In this document: in pieces, positions 9,344 to 23,971 of the stretch
Layout: each line of letters starts with the position of its first letter
Position numbering within the stretch: the stretch's first letter is position 1
From: Wallemia ichthyophaga EXF-994
Taxonomy: Eukaryota; Fungi; Basidiomycota
Direction: 5' to 3'
Assembly (NCBI RefSeq): GCF_000400465.1
Contig: NW_008806279.1
Span: 60,001 to 92,000 of the forward strand
Length of the DNA stretch: 32,000 nt
Translations under genes and position numbers: made by a program
Notes under the pieces: generated by a model
What the model saw: only the letters and a program-made list of their open reading frames with translations
The model's database searches: none
Told to the model about the DNA's origin: nothing

Positions 9344-12299
9344 ATGACACATCTCTCGGTGAATGCAGAGAACGCAGCAAAAGCAGAGAATTTCGCAAAC
9401 AAGCTTCCCAGTCCGCACACTGCCACGAAGCTGCTCAGTGACCCACTCGCACTCCTCCCGCCGATCCTATCCGTCGACGATGTGCACGCGCTGTTGACAC
9501 CCGAGCGAGGAGAGGCAACGCAGACGCCTACACGCACACTGAGCGCTGGGGAGAAGGAGCGACTGGTGAATCGGGCGCTAAGCGAGGCGGTGTCATGGAC
9601 AAATCTAGCTCTGCTCGACTGCGTGTTAGGTGCAGTAGGGCGGCGGTGGGTGAATGTCGATCTGCGCGATAACGAGCGCACGCCCATGCTCGTAGTGGCC
9701 GCTGCGTCGTGCTGGCTCGATGGGATAGCTCTTTTGCTTGGCGCCGGTGCCGATCCCAACGCGAGCGACAGTCGTGGGTCAGCCATTACGTTATCCGCAC
9801 GCCTCACAATAACATGACTGCAGAATCGTGGACGGCACTGCATTGGTCGGCTATTAACTCGCATAGTCAGCCAGACGTCTGTGCGCGCATTGTCGCACTC
9901 CTCCTCCACCACGGCGCTTCGCCTCTTCTCACCTCTAGCAAGGGACGCACCGCGAGGGATATCGCACCCGTTTCAAACGATATCGGTGAACTACTCGACG
10001 GGGCACAGGAGCAAGCGGCTGCGCAGTCCAGTTCCGACCTCTTCTCACTCTCGCAAGCGTCGCTCACACCGTCGCATACGCCGCGTACTAAACTGCGAGC
10101 GCGCGAGAAGAAGGCAGCGCGCAACACGTCGATTCTTCACCACGCAGCAGACGAACTCGGCTTCGACCGCGCGCTGGTCCACGACGCAGCACCAGGAGAG
10201 GGTCACGCGGAGGGTGAGGAGGAGGATGAGATGGAATTAGCTGATGGAATGTCGCGGGTATTCGATTGGAGTGTGTGTCTACCCCACCAGATGCTCATTA
10301 TCAATCCCGACACTCTACAGCTGGCCATAGATGCCCTCCTCGCGCTCCCGTCGCACCCTCGTCCCATAGCCTACGCAAGCGCACCTGCCAGTGCACTCTT
10401 CTTGTGGCAGCGATACGCCACCCATTACGGCGATCCTGGTGGTGAGCTCTCCTCGCTCATTTTCGACCATGCCGTTGAAAACATCGAACAGCGCGCATCA
10501 GCTGCCGCTGATAATCTCCCAGCACTCGCTTTTTGGTTGCACAACGTGACATTATGGCTCTACTTCATCGGCGCAGACGGGACGTTATGCGAGTTTCACG
10601 ACATGCAGGCTATCTTGGCCGATTTGCTTAACGAGATACACGTCTTTGTCGTGCGACTCGTCGAACGCAGACTGGATGCCCTTCTCGACTCCCTCATTCT
10701 CGACTTTAATAGCATGCCTGAACTAGATGATGTCCGACTCGACGGCGAGTGGAGGATCGTGCGTGCGCTCACTAGGCGCAAGGATGGCGCTAAAAGCCCT
10801 GGAAAGAGAGGTCTCGGACATCGAAGAAACGGTGGCGGAAGCTTGTCCAGCAGCATTTTCGGGATGGGCGGTGGTGGTGGATCGACGAGTTCGTTTGCAG
10901 ATATTTTCAACGGCAGTAATAACAAGAATGAAAAGAAGGAAAAACACTCGGATTCACTCGGACCTACCTCGCCGGCATCCCCCAGATCACCATCATTTGA
11001 CGAGGCTACAAAACGGCGGCCGATTAGCACATCCATTTTGCCTTCAGATACCACCTTGCCCAGTTCGCCATCTCTGTCGTCTTTAGCAAATGCAGGTAAT
11101 TCAGGTACCCACGACACGATCGGCGACAAGTTTAAGAAGATCAATGTAGAAGACATTGACAACGGCTCACCCAAGAAGCTCACCCATCTACTCAACTCGA
11201 CTCTGCTAGTATTAGAGCAATACAATGTGAATGAGGCGACGATAGTGCAGATTTTCTCTCAAATCCTCTACTGGACGTCTAGCGAGGTATTTAACCGTGT
11301 GATAACCAATAAGAGGTACTTCAGCCGTAGCCGTGCGACAATGATTCGCTTCAACCTGAGCGCGATTGAGGAGTGGGTGAAAATGAACAAATTGCCAGCG
11401 AGCATATTCAATCACCACTTCGCACCTCTCATGCAAATGCTACAGTGGCTGGGATGTCTGTCGGCGATGACGGATTTCTGCGCACTCATTTCGACCCTAC
11501 AGGGTTTGCGCCAGCTCAACCCAACCCAGTTGCACAAGATGCAGAAGGAGTATCGCCACGAGGCAGCTCCCGTCGTTGAGAGCCGCATGAGCGCTGAGTG
11601 TGTCGCTTACCTCGATCAGCTCGTGCAGGCGTGGGACTCGCGTAGGTGTTCCGCTGATTCGCAGCAAACCCACCCAACCCCAGGCGTGCCGGCCAAGACG
11701 ATGAACCATGTTGACTACCTATACCCAAACTCGGATAGTGCACCCACTCAGCAAAACGGAGTTGGAGTTGGAGTTGGTCTCGGATTAGGACTGGGTGTGC
11801 AGCCGAGTACCGCCACCAGCAGTAGTAACAGTAATATTAACAGTAATAGAAACAGTCACAGTCACAGTCATAGTGCCACAGGCGATGCGTATATGCCCCC
11901 ACCTTTGCCAGAAAACTTTGGGGAGCAGGTCGACAGCAGGTGAGTAGACGTTCTCCACACTCCATTTTCGACAGAAGCGCAACAAAATGGCTAACACGAC
12001 CAAGGTACATGCTGCCATTCGAGCTGCCGAGCGACCTGGAACACCTGCAGTGGCGGCGTAGGAAGTCGGCGCAGACGGCCGATACGACTGACACCCCCAG
12101 GATGGCGTCTCTCGGCGCGCTTGACGATGACCTCCTCTCTGTTCCCACTTCCCGCCCGGCGTCGCGCGCTTCGTCGACGCATTCATCCTCCCCTCTCGCG
12201 CACAATGCGCACACCGCTCAAGTCACCATCACACCGGATGTACCGCAGGATATTTTGACTCGTATCGACAATGCTGTCAGCGAGGGCGTGAAGCGATAG
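9344..12299 (+). CDS. Ankyrin-repeat + DIL (dilute) domain protein, YPR089W-like
   Basis: Ankyrin motifs (LLLGAGADPNASD, WTALHWS, LLLHHGASP) and a DIL domain (QIFSQILYW...FNRV...YFSRSRATMIRFNLSAIEEW, LNPTQL). Introns at 9774-9823 and 11940-12004 join the three ORFs. Confidence 0.85.
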
Positions 12300-12401
12300 T
12301 TGCATGATTTAGCGTGTATGCGTGTATTTGTGTATCAAGTATCAAATATTTATAGGATCAATGTTTGACTACATGATTGAATTTGAACTAAATGTTATCT
12401 C

Positions 12402-13010
12402 ATGAATTGCATCGCACTTACATCCAGAGCAACATCTCTACCGACAGAGCTGACACATAAGATTTTCGATAACTATCTGATTCCTACTGAATTAGGGGAC
12501 ATCCCACTAAAGGAGCCCTACTTTACTAACAAATATTGCTGCTTCTTTGCTAAACAGAGCTCAAAAGGTGTAAATATTTTCTGTCACTGGGTTATGCATT
12601 CAAACGTTGTGTTTGAATTTTTCCGCGGAGGTTTTTCCACGACACTGCGAAGTTACAACTGCAATCTTCCAATCTGACTGTAGTGAAGATAAGTCACAAC
12701 TCAGTCGCCCAGCGTAACGTAAACTGATTGGTTATGCATTCAAATTAGTATTGTGTCACTGTCATGTTTCAGAAACAAAGCTAAGTCGCCTGAGCGAATC
12801 GGGGTCTCTGTCAAGCCTAAAGATCATTTCCAATTGAAGGCTCTCAAGGCTTTAATCATAAAATTCTTTGGCTGTATTGAGCCCCACGCCGTTTATCGTC
12901 GGTGTCGGACCAGGTATATTCGTGACTACAGTCTTTTTCTGATGAATACAGCAAATCTACACTTTTTACGCGTTGCATCTGATTTTCTAAGATTTTAAAC
13001 TCAAGTCTGG
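12402..13010 (+). pseudogene. Possible degenerate F-box-type gene remnant
   Basis: Short ORF with an F-box-like start (SLPTELTHKIFDNY), followed only by interrupted frames. I could not build a continuous spliced model. Confidence 0.25.
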
Positions 13011-13877
13011 TCAAGTTTAGTGCTGAAATGAGGTCTGCGTATCTGCTAATCCAATACATCACCCAAATGTTTTGGTTTCAACTCCAAAGCTCAAGTGTTT
13101 CATTATTTTAAGGCTCCAATAATGATTATAAGAAATTCTCACTTTTGCACCTTGAAATCAACGCTACTAGCAACGTTTCTCTTTCAAGTTTATCAAGCTT
13201 GTGATTCATGAAAGAAGGTGGCACTCTGTAAATATCTAGTATTTATATATTTGTTTCTTTAAATAATCGCATCACCAAAGTCGAGCTGGCCTTTCTAAAA
13301 ACACAATCCACAATCATCAGCGAGCGCAATCTCAACGAGCACGAACAAGCGCGAGGATCAATAAAGCAGTTTATATTCATGCTAACGCTATCTTCATTCA
13401 GCGATGATTATATCCGCTGCCAAATTATGTTTCGAAGATGTCTCAGCCACATAGCATTGTGATTGAGTGCGAGTACTGAACTTGGGTGCGCTGTAAACCT
13501 GCTTCGAGAACAAGCTTAAGAAGAAGCATCCATATAGACATGGAAGATATTGATTATTTCGTGCTATCACTCACCTCATTGGTAACGCGAACGTTGATGA
13601 GCAAAAATGGCACAAATGACGAAATATATTCAACGCGTCGCTAGCGGACCAAAGCAAAGATTCCGAGATCCAGAAACGGATACAGATTTAGATCTATCGT
13701 ACATATCTGACAATATCATCATAATGGGTTACCCTACACCTGCGAGTGAGAATAAAATAAGCAAAATAGCCGCGTGAATCTCAAAAATACTTTTAGACAA
13801 TTATCAGGCGGTATTTCGCAATAACCAGGACCAAGTGAGAAAGCTGCTTGAGTGGGTTACAGTGCGCAGGAGGAGAG
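13011..13877 (+). repeat. Segmental direct duplication, copy 1 (partner at 27253-28144)
   Basis: Manual alignment gives about 10 substitutions and one 25-bp indel over ~870 bp. Confidence 0.97.
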
Positions 13878-15202
13878 GAATACTGACGAGTTATTGAGTG
13901 TAGAAGTAGACACGGACGTAATTGGAGGATATACAATCTGTGTCCGTGCCACGAGAATAAGTATGATCCAGCCTATTTCTACAATCAAGGTCGGTTGCTT
14001 TTGCTAGCTGTCAGCTAGTGCTAACTAATTGTCTATCAGTGGTAAGATATCCATTCCCAGATCACCATGCACCCCCTCTTGCATTGATAAAGGTTGCTGT
14101 GAAGAATATGGGGAGATATCTGAGCGAGAACGCGGAGAATGTTGTAGTAGTACACTGCAAAGCCGGTAAAGGGAGAAGTGGGACGATTGCATGCTGTCTT
14201 CTGCTCACATTGGCTGAGCTGCCACCGCCAAGTCGACATGTATCCAACAGGCCAAGACACTCTTACTACCCTTCAGGTAATGAGATTGATGCGGATCAAT
14301 CAAGACCTTCACAACTAAAAACTCATCAGGGACATGCTAAAAGTGACGCATCAGCAGTACAAAGACTAGTGGAACCCCATATCATACCCTCAGCAGCGTC
14401 GAGTACATCACACCTAACGACGACAGAAGCGACAGAAAACTCAAACTCAACCCTACCACCTGCTTTAGAGAGAGCAGAAGATGTTCTAAAGCTGCACACA
14501 CACCGTCGTATGAAAACTAAGGAAAGTAATAAAACTAAGGAGAAGGACGTGTCTAGATGGCGGATGGGTGTAAGCATACCGTCTCAAAGGCGATTCATTG
14601 AATATTTTGCGAGGGAGTTAGCAAATGAGGTTGTACACAACAGTCACAATGTCAGAGTATGGAGGGTGACAGTTCGGCTGAGTGAAAATTTTGGAAAACT
14701 TGCTAAAACGATGTGAGTGGCTCGCAATCAGATTGGCTTTGCTAATGCTTTGATAGCGTGGGTCTCGGTAATACCCGTCTCTGCCTACATTTTGCTAGGT
14801 ATACAGATGATTATGTGGAAGCGTTACAAGACGGTGTAAATAATGATGATGAATCTTTTTCGATCCAAGATGACAGATGGGACAAAGAGAAGATGGTTCA
14901 TAGGTTTGCAGAGACGGACGAATATACGACTGAAGAGGATGATCAAGTAGGTAGGCTGTTTTAACGACACAACAAACTAAAAGAGCTAGGGCATCAAAAC
15001 CTTAACCTTTACGCCAGAAGTAATCCTCAACTCCAGCCGAGAATGTAGATTAAGATTGGTGTACGGACAAGTATCAATCGGATGGATATGGTTTATACCT
15101 GATTTTCATGAATCCGCGTTGATTATAACAAATGAGCAGATCGATTTTACGAAAGGAGCGTTAGTAGGAATATCTCTTGTCGATGTCAAAGTAGAGATTT
15201 AA
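13607..15202 (+). CDS. TEP1: PTEN/Tep1-like phosphoinositide phosphatase
   Basis: DLDLSYISDNIIIMGYP, VFRNN, IYNLC, PFPDHHAPPL, catalytic HCKAGKGRSG, IPSQRRFIEY and a C2-like tail ending VKVEI*. Five short GT-AG introns, the first at 13746-13796. Confidence 0.9.
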
Positions 15203-15322
15203 CACTCTGGTCACACTCTTCTCTTTAATACAATGTATGAAATAGAATAAACTATGATATGATGATGACTTTGATGACTTTTAAATTAAAAAGAAAGAAA
15301 AAGCTTGGATTTTGTATTAAGT

Positions 15323-16544
15323 TTACTTTGATTCCTTAATGGCGTCAGATGAGCCACCGTCTATTGAATTGGAAGATGCGTTTTGATGAGAAGATTGATT
15401 AGTAGGTTCGTTAGATTGAGCTGGTTGTGAATCAGCAGATTCAAATTGGGCTGACATAGCAGCAACTTGTTCATTATGATTGCTAGCTTCAACAGGAGTT
15501 GCACTATCATCAAATTGAGCATTATCATCTTGTGGTAAAGATTCAACGTCAACATTTGACTTTTGGGCATTTGGTAAAACCCATTTCTTCCAAACACCAT
15601 GAGCGAGCCTAACTTTACCAACAGGATTTGTGTTGCTAGCGATGAAATCAATCTCTTTTTGTACTTGGGACATGTCCAAAGACTCTTTTTGCAAGACGCC
15701 TTCTTCTTTTTGAGAAGGCTCTTGATTACCGGCGAAGAAGAAGACTTCGACGAGTTGAGACATGGCAAAGACATCTCTAAGGAGGTAAACGTCGACAGAG
15801 AGAGCTTTAACTCTATTGAAAGTAGTGAAAACAGGTATATCGACCCAGCCATCACTATCCATTTGCTGGCGTAAAAAGAAGTCCCTAACTAAATTTTGAG
15901 TAGTGAAGTAATATTCTAATTGGCCTAATAAATAGAATCTCAAAGGATCCAAAGGATAGTTTGTAGTTGTAACAGGAGTTGGCATTGGCATTGGAGCGTA
16001 AGTGTGACCTGCTTGAGAATTTGGAGCGCCAAACATTTGAAAAGAGGAAGGCATAGGAGGAACGACGGGAGGGAAAGCCTTATCCTTTGGATTCTTATCA
16101 AGGTTCTTTTGATTTCTACGATTTGATGATTTTCTTTGATTTGATTGGTGGGGATTTGAGTTCTTTGATTTTGATGATTTGCGTTGATTTTGTTGCTTGT
16201 TTGAAGGCTGTTGAGCTTTAGATTTTGAAGAAGATTTCTTATTTGAACGTGGAGGTTGAACTGGTAATACTTGCTCAACAGGTACGCTAACCCAGTTCTT
16301 CTTACCTGTAAAAGATTGTTAAAATGGCTTGTAAAGGGAATATTACTGAATACACACCCCTCCGCGTACTCGTAATTGAATCATCCTTCTTGTTATCTTT
16401 CTTCTCCTCACGCTCCTCTTCCCTCTTGTCATTAGCATCTGAAGCTGACGGCCAAGATATTTCATCCTTCACAAGTAAATCTTGTTGACTTGCTGGACTC
16501 GCAATTGCTTGTCTACTCTCCCACACGTTTCCATTACTCGTCAT
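15323..16544 (-). CDS. La-motif RNA-binding protein (LARP1/Sro9-Slf1-like)
   Basis: La motif LLGQLEYYFTTQNLVRDFFLRQQMDSDGWVDIPVFTTFNRVK. N-terminal SWP and KKNWV motifs. A 52-nt intron at 16357-16306 links the exons in frame. Confidence 0.85.
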
Positions 16545-16995
16545 TTTTATCTATTTTATTGATCAAAGTTGCGAGTGTTGAAGCTTTGAACGGGGGTGCT
16601 ACACGCTGATACCTATTCTAAATTCAAAAATTCAAAATTTTATATTCGTTTCTTAACTCATTTAGTTTCTTACTATGCTATTCATATCCCATTTCTCTTC
16701 TCTACCTCTTAACTTGCAAACTCGTTCATCTATGTCACAACCTGCTTTCTTCCATTTATAAAGAATTCTATGTTACAGAATTAAATATATCTCCCAAACA
16801 AATCAACTCGCTCCCTCAATTTCTTCATATGTGATTATTTTGTCAAAATTTTCACAAACGAACCAAACTCAAATGCTCGAAATTGTTTCAAAATATCATA
16901 GTCGTCAATTTCAGCACATCTTGCAATTCACATTTTAACATTTGATTCTCACTCAATCTCCCTTGCGACTTGACAACGACGACATCTCGAGCTCA

Positions 16996-19254
<2,259 letters not shown>

Positions 19255-19399
19255 GGATGTAAATGGATCACGAGTATCTAAATTTTATCACGATAAACAA
19301 ATTAAACGGCAAATATATACCTTTTATGTCTATAATTAGTAATCTTGTTTAATAAACAGATCCAGATTCCTGGAAAACGTTGCTTACTCAGAAACGGCC

Positions 19400-20955
19400 A
19401 TGTCCGAGGAAGTGAAGGAATTAGAGATTGTTTTCGATAGCAAGGCAGATATCAAAGTGGCGCATGACAGCAGTAGAGCGCCTGTCATGTCCACGCGCGG
19501 CGTGAACAACCTGAACGGCGTGCGTGGCAAATTGGAGGCATTTGACGCGGTGTTGAAGGATTCCTACCACCCATCGAAGAATCCCACTGGAATTATAAAT
19601 GCCGGTGTGGCGGAGAATGGCTTGATGAGTGATGAGTGAGTGGGGGTTCCGTGTTCCTTGCGCCTGATTAACGGGGAACGCGTCGTCCAGGATAATAAAA
19701 GTGGGTTGATTAGTCTGGGCTATTAATTAATCTCACCACCCGCATACACCCAGTTCTACAACGATAATTTCAAGCTTGACAAATTCGATCTATCGTACGG
19801 CAACGGATTCAGCTGCTCGAGGGAGCTTGCAGCTGCAATGGCCGTGTTCTACAACGACACTCTCAAGCCGGTCGACCAGATCAAGCCTGAGGTGTGTATG
19901 CGCTGATTTGAGTTGTTTGAGCCGTTTTTCACACTCCAAAGCACATAGTAGCAGGTGTTGGTATGTCTGCCGTGAATGGCCAACTCAGTTGGTATCTCTG
20001 TGAGCCTGGTGAGGGTATTCTCATTGGAGCTCCCTACTACAATGGTTTCGATATAGAGCTGCGAGCGCAATCGCAAGTCGAGCCAATCGAGGTGCATTTC
20101 CCTGAAGATGTCCACCCACTATCGCTGGCCGGTGTGGATGAATATGAGCGTGCGCTACTCAATGCTCGCGCTCGTGGCATCACTTCGCGCGCAATCCTCA
20201 TCGCCTCACCGCAGAATCCACTTGGATGGATAATCACCCGCGATGTTCTCATCGCATATGGACGTCTAGCTGAAAGATACAATTTGCATCTCATCTCTGA
20301 TGAAATTTACGCTCTTTCTGTCTTCAGTTCTGATGATGTACCTAATCCGCCCCCCTTTGTTAGTAGTGCGTCGATAGATTGGTCGGCAGAGGGTGTCGAT
20401 CCGGCAAGGGTGCATGTGTTGGTTGGTGCTAGTAAGGATTTCGCCAGCAATGGTCTGCGTATTGGAGCGCTCATCTCACAGTATAATGCTGACCTCGTCG
20501 GTGGGGTGACAAGCAGCTCGGTGCTAATGAAGCTGTCAAGCGCGTCCGAGGTCCTCTGGCTTAGTCTCCTCTCTGATAAAACATTCCTCAACTGGTATAT
20601 AAATGAGAACCAGAGACGACTCGCCGGCTCCTACGCTAAAGTTACTAAGTGGTGCAGACACATGGGCATCCCTTATGAAAAAGCTTGCGCGGGTTTCTTC
20701 TTTTTGATCGATCTCAGAGAATTCTTGCCCTCTCGTAATGACAAAGGAGAACTGCTGTCGAGCGATATGGATAAATTGGGCGAGTTGAACAAGCGCCTGA
20801 TTGGCAATAAGGTCTTGTTTAATCCAGGTACTTCATACCATCATAGGACTGTTGGGGTGTTCCGGATCACCCACACACTCTACCCCCACACGCAGGATCT
20901 GGCGCTGGAAAGAGCGGAGGAGGTGCTGCTACAGACAAAAAAAGAGAATGCTTGA
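19400..20955 (+). CDS. PLP-dependent class I/II aminotransferase, ACC-synthase-like
   Basis: NPTGIINAGVAEN, PYYNGF, SPQNPLG, ISDEIYALS and the PLP-lysine motif GASKDFASNGLRIG. Introns at 19636-19690, 19701-19753 and 19892-19941. Confidence 0.88.
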
Positions 20956-21074
20956 CTAGATCTGGTGCACCATTATATACTCTCGTGTCTCTTTGTCTTG
21001 TGTTGATGTATTTATTTCCACGCACAATACACACGACGATATAATGTGCTTCATATTTATTCACATCCTTCTTC

Positions 21075-23175
21075 TTACAACGCTTGGAAATTTATGTGGT
21101 GGCTCTCCTTCCGACGCTCCACTTGGTCCTCCTTCTTCTCGTGCACGTGCAGCGCAAAGACGACAGCGCCGAGGATGAGACATAGGGTGCTAACGACGAT
21201 AGCGACGAAAGGGACCCACTTATTTTTTTTGAGATACATCTCAATATGCCAAGAGTGCTCATTTGTCTTGGGAGTGATGACTACTTGAGCATTAGGTATG
21301 ATACCTTCAAAGTTGACCTTGTGAGAGTTGTCCAGAGTTTGGGAGGTGTCCTTGAACGTGCTCCCGACGTGTAAATTTTCTATGTAGTTATTCGTTCGGC
21401 CTACGCCTGTGAATGAGTAAGGCGTGTAGAGAGCATCAGACGCGGTAGAGGGGACCTGAGCGAACTGCGCCGCATGTCGTCTGCCAGCCGTATCCAGAAT
21501 GGTAAGTTTGTAACTACCTCCGAGGAGGGCAGCGCCGAATGGTTTAAAAGGTTTATACAGTGCAGTGTCACCTTCACCCTCGCCATCGCCCCCATGTGTG
21601 TCGTCATATAGCCTCACGTCCTGGCAATACGTGTCACATACGCCATTGAGAAGGAGTGTCTTGAGGAAGAAGGCGTCATTGGGCATGTTGTTCTGGATGA
21701 AAGTGAGACCGTGCTGGCGCTGTACCATGACGTCAAGTGTGCCGTCGTCATCTATATCGAGCCACGAGACAACGCGTGCATCTGTAATGTTGTGCAGTGC
21801 TGCATACTTGGACCCGTCGCGCAACTCTATTGTGCGCCCACCCGCTTCTGTCACTTGGCCATCAGAGACCGCTGTATTCTCTAGTATCGCCCCGCGGTCG
21901 CTGCCGTCGTCGTAGTGCAGCAGTGCGAGTATATCGGGGAAACTGTCGAGATTGTAGTCGCCGAGGCGTAGGAGCAGGGGTTGTGAGTGGGCATTTGCCT
22001 CGCTGAGCCACTCCATGCGTAGTGTCGCATTACCTTTGGTGAGCTCATCAACAGAGACTGACAGCGCATTGGTGCTGTCGAGCACAAACTTTTCATCTGC
22101 TACACAAAGATCGGAGGGATTGCGGCAGCGAGTGTGGTCCCCGTTTTTGCTGAAGAGGGAGGGGTGCAAGAGAGCGTCGAAACTCCTGCTGTCGACACAT
22201 AGCGGCATCTGCTTATTGAACCACACATTGATGTGACACTCCCGCCCAACACCATTTCCATCCACACTGGCGCAGCTCGGGAAAACCATGTCGAGTGTCC
22301 CGTCGCGGTTAAAGTCGGCGAATGTTACCAGACCGCTGTTAGGTGGTAGTGGAGTGTGTGAATGTAGGGTGAAAGTGTTGTTAGATGGATTGTTGCGCCA
22401 AATTTGGAAGGCTGTGTCTTTGTTATCTTTATCAGTACTTTCATCGCACAACAAGAAAACGTCAGCCAGACAATCGCCATCAAGGTCTATGAAAGCGTTA
22501 GAGTGTTTCTGCGTAAGTTTGCAAGGCTGGCCGTCGAAATTGAGAGGAGAGGAAGACAAAGAGCCATTGTGGTTGCGAAAGAGGGAGAGCGTGTCAGTGT
22601 CGGTGTTTGCGTCATCTGCGTAGGCGTAACCGATGTAGTCGGGAGAGAGGTCGCCGTACGCGTCGAGGAAAGTGGGCTGTGTGTAGCGAATACTGGGAAG
22701 TGGGGAGTGGGTATCAAAGCCATCGCCATGGCCAGGGTAGAGGGACATCTTAATTTGATTGTCGTCGGGACTACCGACAGCGATGAGATCAATGAGCCCA
22801 TCACCGTCAATGTCGGTTGGAATGAGCGAGTCGAGGGGAAAAGGGGAAGTGGCTGTACTAGAGATTTTGAAGGATTTGGCAGAATGATCCCAGATATAAG
22901 TGGAAATGGAGTTGTTGCTGCTGTCGATAGAGATTAGATCGATGCTGTTATAGAGTGAGCTGCGACAAGTGAGAGAAGCAAGGAACAGACAATTGATCAC
23001 CGTTTAAATCAGCGAGTGCGGATATTCGTGTGGTTCCTGGAGGCTCCAGGTTACCACCGCTGGAGTTGCCGGGAGAGACACCCAAGTTGCCGAGATCGAC
23101 CAAGGAATTTGAAAAGGTAGCTTGGACGAGTGTGGAGAGAATAGCAGTGACAGTGGCTGTAGATATAAGTTTCAT
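21075..23175 (-). CDS. LINKIN/ITFG1 (T-cell immunomodulatory protein) homologue with FG-GAP repeats
   Basis: Signal peptide, repeated D-x-D-G-D motifs (DIDGDGLID, DLDGDCLAD, DFNRDGTLD, DIDDDGTLD), GVGRTNNYIE, one TM helix and the tail RRKESHHINFQAL. One 46-nt intron restores GDQ-F-IDLI. Confidence 0.85.
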
Positions 23176-23238
23176 TAAAATAAAAAATAAATTAGCTCAA
23201 TTAGCTCATCGGTGTTTGAGTTGAACCATCAATCGATA

Positions 23239-23856
23239 ATGTCAGTATTAGATCACCCAATAGAATTCCTCCCAACTTCAATTGATAAAGATAAATATGA
23301 AAATATTCAGATGCCTAAGAGGAGATTGAAGAGGCTTTCCTTGTTGAGTGGTGGGAGTAGTGGTGGGAGTAGTGGTATAGCGAGTACCAGTGCTCGTACT
23401 AGTGCCAGCACCACCAAACACAAACCAAGTACAAGCACAAGCACAAGCACAGATGCGGAATCACTCATAAGTTTATCACGTCCAAGTAACGACAGCAGTA
23501 ACGCACCAATAACTCAACCAATGACACTATTCGATCAACACGCTCCACTTTTATCTCGAATAGCGCATAAGGAGACAATCATTAATGATTTACAAGATGA
23601 GCTCGATATGCACACAGTTGAACTTAAAAGATTGCGTAAAGATTGGCGTAGAGTTGTTAGAAATCAAAAGCGAGATAATTTGGATGAATTGGGGCACCCT
23701 GTTTACACAGATCACTCAGAGGAACCAACTCCGACCACTCAAACCCCACAACCAAACGCTTACTTGCAACATTCTGTCGATTTGCTCGTTGATGGCGTAG
23801 GCGCTTTTTGGGATACACTTCGCAGTGGACCTGGACTCCAACCGAATGGCAGATGA
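23239..23856 (+). CDS. Hypothetical coiled-coil protein (DUF4048-like segment)
   Basis: Intronless ORF from the ATG at 23239. LLSRIAHKETIINDLQDEL...LKRLRKDW resembles the fungal DUF4048 coiled coil, recalled from memory and not searched. Confidence 0.6.
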   Translation: MSVLDHPIEFLPTSIDKDKYENIQMPKRRLKRLSLLSGGSSGGSSGIASTSARTSASTTKHKPSTSTSTSTDAESLISLSRPSNDSSNAPITQPMTLFDQHAPLLSRIAHKETIINDLQDELDMHTVELKRLRKDWRRVVRNQKRDNLDELGHPVYTDHSEEPTPTTQTPQPNAYLQHSVDLLVDGVGAFWDTLRSGPGLQPNGR

Positions 23857-23971
23857 TATACTTGACTTGAATACCTTTATGACGTTTGAAATCGGATCTT
23901 CTTGTATAAATTGTATCATGAAACATAATGTATAACAATAATTTTACATATTCAAGTAGTCATTACCACAA

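Noticed and set aside
13402-13482. ATGATTA...CTGA inside the duplicated segment as a second C/D snoRNA
   Set aside because: Imperfect box C and no terminal stem flanking the boxes.
13011-13877. Duplicated segment as a transposon (Helitron/MITE/LTR)
   Set aside because: It starts with TC but not at an A|T junction. There is no CTRR end or hairpin, no TIRs, no TSD and no transposase or RT in the window. Only two copies are visible.
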